From the NCBI RefSeq assembly GCF_003945235.1, contig NZ_RSDW01000001.1, positions 4,740,001 through 4,772,000 of the forward strand: a DNA stretch of 32,000 nt. Reading direction: 5' to 3'. Of the stretch, positions 25,356 to 32,000 are shown piece after piece. The translations under genes were made by a program, and so were the position numbers. The notes under the pieces are model-generated. The model did no database searches. It saw nothing but the letters and a program-made list of their open reading frames with translations, and had not been told where the DNA came from. Origin of the DNA: Edaphobacter aggregans. GTDB lineage: Bacteria > Acidobacteriota > Terriglobia > Terriglobales > Acidobacteriaceae. Position 1 is the stretch's first letter, and every line of letters starts with the position of its first letter.

Positions 25356-26939
25356 TTAGGCTGCTTTCGTTGCGTTCTTGACGACTGGTTGTGGCGCCTT
25401 TTTTGCCTTCTCCTTTGCGGCAAACTCCTGCCGAACTTTGGTGGTGATGGCGTCTGTGTCCACCTTGTAGGAGGCAGCGGCTTCCTTGAGGATGACGGTC
25501 GGGTTGCCGCGCGAGGCTGCCAGCAAGATGCTGGCTTCGACCACCAACCGCGAGAGTGTCCCCTCATCCGCCCGGCGAACGAAGGCAGTGAAGGTCTTCT
25601 TGACGCCGCCATCGTTGCGCTTCTGCCGGATACCGTGCTGCCGCGCCAGCATCTCTACGCGGTTCTCATCTATCAGGAACAAGAGGCGCTCGGTCACTGA
25701 CAGCAAGTCGCGTTTCATCAGACGCACAGGGACGGCGGAGCCAATGGCGCTTAGAACGCGAAGGCCAACCGTATTGGCAATCGCCTGTTCCCTGCGCTGC
25801 TTCTCCTGTTCGGCCTTCCACTTCGCATCGTCCCGGCTCGTGGACTGCTTCGGATGATGAACCGGGCAGGTCGGGTTCGCGCATACCTTGTGAAAGGTGC
25901 CCACATCCTCGCCTTCGGTGACGATGGCCTCGCTGGTGAATTTGCAGGTCTTGAACTCGGGCCGCTTGGCCTCTTCTTTTGAGGACGGCTTGTCGGCGCG
26001 AATCTCGGTGTACTTGTTGCGGGGGAGAGTGGTGTTACCTTCCTTCTGCTGGCCGTAGGCTGTGCTGATTTGAACCAGCTGCGGCTTCGCAGCGATGATC
26101 TTGACGACATGCGTCTCGACCTTCGATTGGTAGCAGGTTGGGTCGGTGCAAGCATCCTGTTTGCCGAGGTCGGAAAACAGGAGCTTGTTGTGGCCTGTGC
26201 GTTTGGGGCAATCGATGCAGCTTCCTGCGGCTGGCACTAATTGGCCGTCCTTCTTGTCAAACGGTGCGTCTTTGAGAATGAGAAGGATGTTGCTATCAAT
26301 CCAGAATTGAAGATTGCGGAGGGGCAAGAGGATGCGTTTCTGTTTGCCGCTGCCACCTTGCCAGTCCTCACGGAAGCAAGCGGCGAGAGCGGCTTCCTGC
26401 TGGCCGGGTTGGAGCTTCGCCAGCAGGAGAGGATGTCCGACGCCGATTTCCTCGGCGTAAAACGCCTCGATGACGGGTGCAGACAGTTCGGTGAGTTTGA
26501 GGCGGGTAGTGACATAGGCCGGACTCTTGCCCGTCTTCGCGGCGATCTGCTCGACACTGTATTTTGGTTCTTCAAGATTAAGAAGAGCGCGAAAGCCCTG
26601 TGCCTCTTCGAGAGGATGCACGTCGCGCCGTTGCAGGTTCTCGATCAACTGCGCTTCGAGGGCCTCAGCATCGGAGAGGTTGACAATGCGGACGGGGACG
26701 GTCGGAACCTCGGCGATCTGCGCGGCGCGAAAACGCCTTGCCCCGGCGACGATCTCAAAGCTCTTTTCGGTGAGGGGCCGAATGAGAAGGGGAGAGAGGA
26801 CACCCTGGCTGCGGATACTGTCGGCCAGTTCCCTAAGGGCCGCATCTTCGAAGATGCGGCGGGGGTTGGTCTTGGACTCGCTGAGAAGCGAAAGGGAGAC
26901 ATTGCGGTATTCGGTGGCATTGAGGATGGTGGTTTCCAT
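25356..26939 (-). CDS. ParB/Srx N-terminal-domain protein with a long Cys-cluster-containing C-terminal region (mobile-element ParB-like protein)
   Basis: ATG 26939 follows AAGGAG. ParB boxes NPRRIFEDAALRELADSIRSQGVLSPLLIRP and EIVAGARRFRAAQ. HTH-like SVEQIAAKTGKSPAYVTTRLKL. Cys pairs CIDC, CTDPTC, CANPTC. K/A-rich tail. Confidence 0.85.
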   Translation of the reverse strand: METTILNATEYRNVSLSLLSESKTNPRRIFEDAALRELADSIRSQGVLSPLLIRPLTEKSFEIVAGARRFRAAQIAEVPTVPVRIVNLSDAEALEAQLIENLQRRDVHPLEEAQGFRALLNLEEPKYSVEQIAAKTGKSPAYVTTRLKLTELSAPVIEAFYAEEIGVGHPLLLAKLQPGQQEAALAACFREDWQGGSGKQKRILLPLRNLQFWIDSNILLILKDAPFDKKDGQLVPAAGSCIDCPKRTGHNKLLFSDLGKQDACTDPTCYQSKVETHVVKIIAAKPQLVQISTAYGQQKEGNTTLPRNKYTEIRADKPSSKEEAKRPEFKTCKFTSEAIVTEGEDVGTFHKVCANPTCPVHHPKQSTSRDDAKWKAEQEKQRREQAIANTVGLRVLSAIGSAVPVRLMKRDLLSVTERLLFLIDENRVEMLARQHGIRQKRNDGGVKKTFTAFVRRADEGTLSRLVVEASILLAASRGNPTVILKEAAASYKVDTDAITTKVRQEFAAKEKAKKAPQPVVKNATKAA

Positions 26940-27021
26940 GGTGCTGGCTCCTTTCGAGCGGTTGGAGGGTGAAGGACAAGAGAGCGGACACAGGCTGCGG
27001 TATCCGCTCCACGGGAGCGGA

Positions 27022-27441
27022 CTAGCCACGAATGGACTTATCCGAGAACGCTTCAAGAAAACCCTGCATCCGGAGGTTGTTGTCCCATTGCAGGGCGAAC
27101 TGTTGGTGTTGTCGATGGAGATCGGGCAAAGCGACATAGTGGCCGCGCACTATGGAGCGGGAGAACTGCTCGACGGCCACATAGTCGTTGCGCCAATAGA
27201 AAGGGTCGAGGGAGAGTGTGCCGCCGAGAGGTTTCGCTATCTCGAAACACATCTCGGGGTCGCGCATGGGATCGCCGTTCTGTGTGCCGTAGTGTGCGGC
27301 AGAGATTGCCGGAAGGCCGAGCGGCCCCGACTCGCCCAACGCTTCCACCACGAGGGCCAGAAAGGGCGGGTTCTCGATGGAGAGATAGAGACTAGGCCGG
27401 AATCCTCCGGCCTTCTCTACGATGCGAAGGAGGGTCTGCAT
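27022..27441 (-). CDS. Conserved hypothetical protein, co-translated with ArdC (mobile-element associated)
   Basis: Its ATG overlaps the ardC stop (TAATG at 27439-27443). 139 aa with AHYGTQNGDPMRDPEM...FYWRNDY...WDNNLRMQGF. I recall similar small proteins next to ArdC/ParB genes, but the family name is not verified. Confidence 0.6.
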   Translation of the reverse strand: MQTLLRIVEKAGGFRPSLYLSIENPPFLALVVEALGESGPLGLPAISAAHYGTQNGDPMRDPEMCFEIAKPLGGTLSLDPFYWRNDYVAVEQFSRSIVRGHYVALPDLHRQHQQFALQWDNNLRMQGFLEAFSDKSIRG

Positions 27442-28349
27442 TACGCCACCTGCGCCAGTTCTGCATCGGGCATCGTCTCATTTCCGGACGGCTGCAATGC
27501 GGCTAGGATGACGGCTGACGTCTGCTGAATGACTTCCAAGCTCTCGGCCAGTAGGGAAGCATTGCCATGATAGAGGTGGATGTAATCAGCGGAGGCAGTT
27601 CCGGTGTTCAGGCCAACCGCCTTGCCAACAACAAATGCGATGGATTCGGCCTCGGTCTCCCGCACCATCTTGGTCGTAGTCGTGCGGCGTTTGGCATGTT
27701 CCAACATTTCGTGCGCTAGTTCATGCACAAGGGTGGAGAACTCCTCCGCCTCGGATTGGCCGGGGAGAATGGCAATTCTGCCGCCATAACTCATGCCAAG
27801 GGCGGGAGCGATGTTCTCGGTAAAGACAAGCTCAATGTTCTGTTTGTTGATGAACGAGATAAGACGGGCTCGATTCTCGCCGACCTCTCCGCTCATCTCG
27901 CGCATGGAGGGAAGCTCTGCGCCCTCGGTCTGCGATACGTCAAAGACATAGGCATTGCGAAAGCCGACGAGAACACGGGTGTTCTGCTTGATGATGTCCT
28001 TCTCGGCTTCTTCGTCCTTCTTGCGCTTGACGCCGACGATAGGAGCGAGGATGCGGATGCCGCGCTCGCCTTTCTTGACCTTCCGGCCAAGCTGGTTCCA
28101 TGCGTACATTCCGGCAACGCGGGTCGCATCCGGCCTCTGCCGTGCGATCTCCAAGATGTTTCCAAATGAGTAATTATGGAAGCGGCTCATTGCGTCGAGA
28201 TAGGCCGTGAGTGCATCGCTGTGTCCTGCTTCGAGCTGCTCGATGAGGCTCTTCACGTTGGCAGCGATAAGTTCTTTGGCGGTCTGCCGTGGCTGCGGCT
28301 GTATAGGGTTTTCGCTGATGGGGGTGATGGTACTGTTGGTGGTCTTCAT
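27441..28349 (-). CDS. ardC: ArdC-family antirestriction protein (N-terminal ssDNA-binding domain + zincin metalloprotease domain)
   Basis: ATG 28349 follows AAGGAGGA. The N-terminal domain YSFGNILEIARQRPDATRVAGMYAWNQLGRKVKKGERGIRILAP is ArdC/DUF1738-like. HExxH as VHELAHEMLEH. Confidence 0.85.
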   Translation of the reverse strand: MKTTNSTITPISENPIQPQPRQTAKELIAANVKSLIEQLEAGHSDALTAYLDAMSRFHNYSFGNILEIARQRPDATRVAGMYAWNQLGRKVKKGERGIRILAPIVGVKRKKDEEAEKDIIKQNTRVLVGFRNAYVFDVSQTEGAELPSMREMSGEVGENRARLISFINKQNIELVFTENIAPALGMSYGGRIAILPGQSEAEEFSTLVHELAHEMLEHAKRRTTTTKMVRETEAESIAFVVGKAVGLNTGTASADYIHLYHGNASLLAESLEVIQQTSAVILAALQPSGNETMPDAELAQVA

Positions 28350-28569
28350 GGTGTTTCCTCCTTGGCCTTGGCCGTTGTTTTTCATGCCATGCGTGGCATG
28401 TACCTACATGCCGAACGCCTCCTGGCGAAGGCGGGGGTAGCAAGGCGCAACGGGGAGGGGTATCTCCCACCCTTGGAGAGGGAGCCACAGGCGGAACGGA
28501 GACATGGTTTACAGCGAGGAGCGCGACGGCGACTTTACCTCAGCATTGGGCAACGCAGGACGATGTTGT

Positions 28570-29198
28570 ATGCCCTGGAAAGAGAGTCGTATCTTGGATC
28601 AACGTTTGCAGTTCTTGTCGAGTTATCAGAAGGAAGAGATGTCTGTAGCGGACCTGTGTCGTGCGTATGGGATCTTGCGTCCAACGGCCTACCGCTGGAT
28701 CAATCGCTACAACGAGACTGGGCCGGAAGGACTCGTGGATCGAAGTCGCCGGCCGCACAGTTGCTCACACGCGACGCTGGAGCCCATGGAAAACACCATT
28801 CCTGTGCTTCGGGCCAAGCATCCGTCCTGGGGCGCACGCAAACTAAAGGCAAGGCTGGAGATGCTGCAGCCAGACGTGGTTTGGCCTGCAGCTAGTACCT
28901 TCGGCAACATCCTGAGCCGCGCGGGCCTGACCAGTCCTCAAAAGAAGAGAAAGCGCACTACGCCACGCTCAGAGCCGTTCTCTCTAGTCACCGGTCCGAA
29001 TCAGCTTTGGTGCATGGATTTCAAAGGCTATTTCGCCACTGGCGACGGCAAGCGCTGCGATCCGTTCACCATCACGGACGCGCATAGCCGCTATTTGATT
29101 CGTTGCCAGATCATCTCGCGCATGGACCTCAGCCAAGTTCGGGTGATCTGCGAAGCAGCCATGCGAGAGTACGGATGCCAGCAAAGATCAGGACCGAC
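28570..29198 (+). mobile_element. IS481-family transposase gene, frameshifted and 3'-truncated (IS remnant)
   Basis: MPWKESRILDQRLQFLSSY...MSVADLCRAYGILRPTAYRWINRY (HTH). NQLWCMDFKGYFATGDGKRCDPFTITDAHSRYL is the start of the DDE/rve core. A 1-nt deletion near 29174-29175 shifts REYG|MPAKIRTD. Similarity stops after IRTD (about 29198), so most of the catalytic domain is absent. Confidence 0.75.
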
Positions 29199-29578
29199 CA
29201 CAGCGTAACGCATGTCCCGGTACACTCACCCCTTAGCGAGGTTTGTCTACCTTGTCTGCGCGCAGCGCGGGATGATCAGGGAGGGCGTTGCAGGCACGAA
29301 CGAGGCTGTTACGAAACTCACAAATCGACCAGATGCTGGAACTTTTCGATGATTACTGAAGAGAAGCCGACTTCTCGTTACCTATCGTGATCGCGACGTG
29401 GCGTTCGTCTGGACTTTGGAGCATTTGTTTAAGACGAACTGGCAGAGGAGTTCGTCGGTTCAAATCAAGCCACCGCAACCAAAGTTTCTTGTGTTTCACT
29501 CGGTGCTGATACTTTCGATGCTGTTGGTTCTTAAGTGATATCGAATCGAATTTTCGGTCTAGGAAAATCACAAAACTG

Positions 29579-30382
29579 CTACTTTGAGACTGCACGTGCT
29601 GCGCTCTCGATTACATCTGCAACTTGCATGGGATGCGACACATAGACGCAATGGCTGGCGCCTGCTACTTCGACTGTGTGGCTCCCGGCACGCTTAGCAT
29701 ACCAACGCTCCAAGTCAGGGTTGATGGTTCGATCGCTTCCTGACACGATCATCCAGCTCGGTTTGGTTCTCCAGGCAGCCGTGGTGATTGTCGCTGAGAA
29801 ATTGTCTGCAAAATTGAGCACCTGCGAGCGCGCCATGAATGCGGCTCGGTCGGCGGGAAGGTCAGCTGCGAACAATTCATGAAATTGGGCCGGGTCGATA
29901 TAGGTGAAGCCATCCGGCGTTTTCTTTATGGCGCCCGATTTGGCGAGATCGCTCGGGAAGCGCTTCCCGTCGTCTCCTTCGTTTTCCCCGGCATCTGGCA
30001 TGTGCGCTGCCACGTAAACCAATCCGACAACTGATGGATCCGTGCCTGCTTCTGTAATCACGGATCCCCCATAGCTGTGGGCGACAAGGATGCTCGGTCC
30101 ATCCTGCAGGGCGAGCACACGCTTCGTCGCAGCCACATCATCCTTGAACGACGTCTCCGGCTCCTGAACGACACTAACGTTGTAGCCATCCTTTACAAGA
30201 ATTTCGTAAACGCCTTTCCACCCAGAGCCATCTGCCCAGGCTCCGTGCACCAAAACAATATTCCGAACGCGATGCTCCTGGTTCTGCGCTGAGAGCACGC
30301 GGCAGGTCAACAGCAACAAAACGATGCACAAGGACTGAGAGATTCTCACTACCACTTGCAAAGGCTTCATAGAATTACTCAT
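29579..30382 (-). CDS. Secreted alpha/beta-fold hydrolase
   Basis: ATG 30382 follows AAGGAGA. Signal peptide ...LCIVLLLLTCRVLSAQ. IVLVHGAWADGSGW. Nucleophile elbow AHSYGG. C-terminal GASHCVYVSHP carries the catalytic His. Confidence 0.85.
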   Translation of the reverse strand: MSNSMKPLQVVVRISQSLCIVLLLLTCRVLSAQNQEHRVRNIVLVHGAWADGSGWKGVYEILVKDGYNVSVVQEPETSFKDDVAATKRVLALQDGPSILVAHSYGGSVITEAGTDPSVVGLVYVAAHMPDAGENEGDDGKRFPSDLAKSGAIKKTPDGFTYIDPAQFHELFAADLPADRAAFMARSQVLNFADNFSATITTAAWRTKPSWMIVSGSDRTINPDLERWYAKRAGSHTVEVAGASHCVYVSHPMQVADVIESAARAVSK

Positions 30383-30557
30383 TTTGATTCTCCTTTCGTT
30401 ACGCTCTGATCAAAGGTTGCCACGCGTTTTCCCATAGCTGCGTGTGAAAGGCTTGTCATCCCGGCCTGGCGAACTTCGGCAGCGTCTGTCTTCTGCAATT
30501 TCCCAGGCTGCTATGGTCATCCAGTTGTGCGTCAAGCCGTTCGGGTTTTGCCGTCAA

Positions 30558-30980
30558 TTATTGGGTTATTCTTTGGTTTGGAATTGGGTTCTCCTGAAAA
30601 AGCCGAGCCACGAGAGCCGAATCCAGATACGCACGTACTTGCGCGATCTCGCCGCCCGCGAACCGGCAGACCCAGCAGTAACGATTGTCGAATCTGAGCC
30701 CGTTCTTCGCGGTGGCCAGGGAATGCAATTCAACTACCGCCCAATCTCCGCTCACGAGTACATTTTCAACATGCAGCTCCGTGCCCTCCGGCAGCACCTT
30801 GGCCAGTTTGGCGAAGGTACCTGCGATGAATGCCTGCTTGCTGAGGTAATGACCGGCAAGCGGGTGCGTTCCCTCCACAATCCAGTCCACCTTGTCGGCT
30901 ACATGCTCAAAAAACGCGGCGCCATCGCCCTGCTCCAGCCCCTTGAAAATCTCGCGAACACGCTCGGATGGAACGGCCAT
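30558..30980 (-). CDS. NTF2/SnoaL-like (ketosteroid-isomerase fold) protein
   Basis: ATG 30980 follows AAGGAG. 140 aa; FEHVADKVDWIVEGTHPLAGHY...DNRYCWVCRFAGGEIAQVRAYLDSALV fits the SnoaL/NTF2 pattern. Confidence 0.8.
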   Translation of the reverse strand: MAVPSERVREIFKGLEQGDGAAFFEHVADKVDWIVEGTHPLAGHYLSKQAFIAGTFAKLAKVLPEGTELHVENVLVSGDWAVVELHSLATAKNGLRFDNRYCWVCRFAGGEIAQVRAYLDSALVARLFQENPIPNQRITQ

Positions 30981-31002
30981 CTCATTTCTCCTTTCTTGTG
31001 GT

Positions 31003-32000
31003 TCATCTGCTACTTCCGGATGACGCGGCGCCGCGCTGGCTCGCTTTGACGGCCCCAAGCAGCTTTGTCAGGTCCCTCACCTGGATATTTTCCACCGACC
31101 GTGCGGCGTCCTTGATTTCGCCGCAAAGCGCTTCATCGGCACGCCCGGCCACGAGCCGATCGAACTTCTCCACGGATTCTTCCCATGTGAACGGTTCGGA
31201 CGCGAGTCCCGGATAGGCCTGTACTTCGTGCTCGATGATTTTTCCGTCCAGCAGCCGCACGGTGATCTTTGCAGGCATCTTCGCTGGATATTCAGCCGTG
31301 TATTCCTGGTTCGGGCGGACCGAAACCTTCTTCAACAATGTCTGCACGTCAGCTCTCGCAATGCGCTCCGGCTGGAATTGCGCGGGCATCACGTCGCCAT
31401 CCAGCAGCGCCACAGCGAGCAGGTACGGCAGGCTGTGATCCGCCTGTTCCTTGGTGCGGATGAATTTGTCCACGCCGTAGAGGCCGCCGCCGGCGAAGTC
31501 GTAAGCGAGTTGGAAAACCTCAGCCTCAATGGAAATCACCTTAGCGGGATCGATCTTGTTCTGCGAAGCGAGTTCGACCATGCAGTGCACGGCGGACTGC
31601 GTGTGGATCATCGAGTTGTATTTCTTAATGGTGCTCTCGACGACGCCCTCGTACCCCTGCTTGTCCCAGTCAATGTTGACCTTCATTCTCAGGAGATGGT
31701 CGATGCCCAGTGGGCCCTCGATCACTTGCAGGGGACCCTCCACACCTCGTCGTGCGAGGAACAGCGCGTTCATCGAGCCGAGCGCCGACTGTGCCGAGGC
31801 GAGTCCTTTCCATTGCGAAAGCGGCTTCGCGCGAACGACAGCGAAGGACGCATCGCTGACCGCAGCCATAGCGATGGCGTTCGCGATCTGCTGCTCGCTC
31901 AGGCCGAGTAGCCGTCCAGCTGCGGCATTATGTGAGAAGGCCAGTTGCGAAGTGTGGTCGAAGCCGCTGCTCATGAAATTGGCGTGATCGACGAATCGTG
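31003..32000 (-). CDS. MmgE/PrpD-family protein (2-methylcitrate dehydratase-like), C-terminal two-thirds; 5' end lies outside the window
   Basis: The frame is open to the window edge (RFVDHANFMSSGFDHTS...). ADHSLPYLLAVALLDGDVMPAQF and YPGLASEPFTWEESVEKF are typical PrpD C-terminal-domain motifs. Confidence 0.85.
   Translation of the reverse strand, partial: RFVDHANFMSSGFDHTSQLAFSHNAAAGRLLGLSEQQIANAIAMAAVSDASFAVVRAKPLSQWKGLASAQSALGSMNALFLARRGVEGPLQVIEGPLGIDHLLRMKVNIDWDKQGYEGVVESTIKKYNSMIHTQSAVHCMVELASQNKIDPAKVISIEAEVFQLAYDFAGGGLYGVDKFIRTKEQADHSLPYLLAVALLDGDVMPAQFQPERIARADVQTLLKKVSVRPNQEYTAEYPAKMPAKITVRLLDGKIIEHEVQAYPGLASEPFTWEESVEKFDRLVAGRADEALCGEIKDAARSVENIQVRDLTKLLGAVKASQRGAASSGSSR

Larger units (their letters stand above)
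25311..29198. mobile_element. Remnant of a conjugative-element (ICE/plasmid) leading/maintenance region: ParB-like, small conserved protein, ArdC, bounded by a dead IS481 copy
   Basis: Three co-oriented genes typical of transferred DNA. No integrase, relaxase or T4SS genes are in the window. A transposase fragment sits on one side, and 550 bp of non-coding DNA plus a terminator on the other. Confidence 0.5.

Noticed and set aside
24935-25700. Overlapping ORFs (225 aa on the minus strand, 174 aa on the plus strand) spanning the gap left of the ParB-like gene.
   Set aside because: Both run through the terminator hairpin and into the parB coding region in wrong frames. They are R/P/G-rich with no motifs. 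An 11-bp direct repeat CCGGCATCTCG (about 25041 and 25144) was noted but is within chance expectation.
29199-29578. Search for coding remnants (rest of the IS481 transposase, or a LysR-type regulator) between the IS fragment and the alpha/beta hydrolase gene. Includes the 80-aa ORF at 29353-29595.
   Set aside because: I translated all frames by eye and found no transposase C-terminal motifs and no other recognisable domain. The 80-aa ORF overlaps the hydrolase stop and is K/R/Q-rich noise.
1-32000. Looked for CRISPR repeat-spacer arrays, tRNA T-loop/acceptor signatures (possible ICE attachment site), rRNA, and reverse-transcriptase or known defence-gene signatures.
   Set aside because: I saw no regularly spaced direct repeats, no GTTCGAATC-type T-arm in a tRNA-like context, and no such protein motifs in any frame. 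Without tools, absence is not proven.

Overview
GC-rich bacterial chromosomal window. The gene families and the PAS/sigma-54 architectures look Acidobacteriota-like, but that is recall, not a search. I saw no rRNA, tRNA or CRISPR array. 601-9470 (+): a stand-alone tandem-PAS protein, then a tightly coupled operon of histidine kinase, FixJ-type response regulator, REC-only regulator, RND permease, adaptor and NodT lipoprotein, with overlapping start/stop codons. 9482-14448: a ferritin-like::VIT1 iron transporter, a decayed beta-barrel pseudogene, a PQQ-type sugar dehydrogenase, and an aldo-keto reductase divergent from a TetR gene across a perfect 16-bp palindrome. 14957-22228 is the most interesting part. 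It holds a six-PAS sigma-54 activator, a small STAS-like gene, and a sigma-54 -24/-12 promoter with exact consensus spacing. That promoter sits directly in front of a five-gene same-strand cluster of poorly characterised envelope proteins: two DUF1269 paralogues, a small coiled-coil protein, an M48 lipoprotein protease and HdeD. I read this as a psp-like, sigma-54-driven envelope-stress module; that is inference. 22295-23177 is gene debris: a frameshifted, truncated alpha/beta hydrolase and a fragment of an MBL-fold hydrolase. 23294-24799 holds a CMD-family gene and an SDR gene. 25311-29198 is a remnant of a conjugative-element leading region (ParB-like, small conserved protein, ArdC) that ends at a frameshifted, 3'-truncated IS481-type transposase. 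29579-32000 holds a secreted alpha/beta hydrolase, an NTF2/SnoaL protein and a partial PrpD/MmgE gene. All family calls come from motif recognition by eye; no database search was possible.
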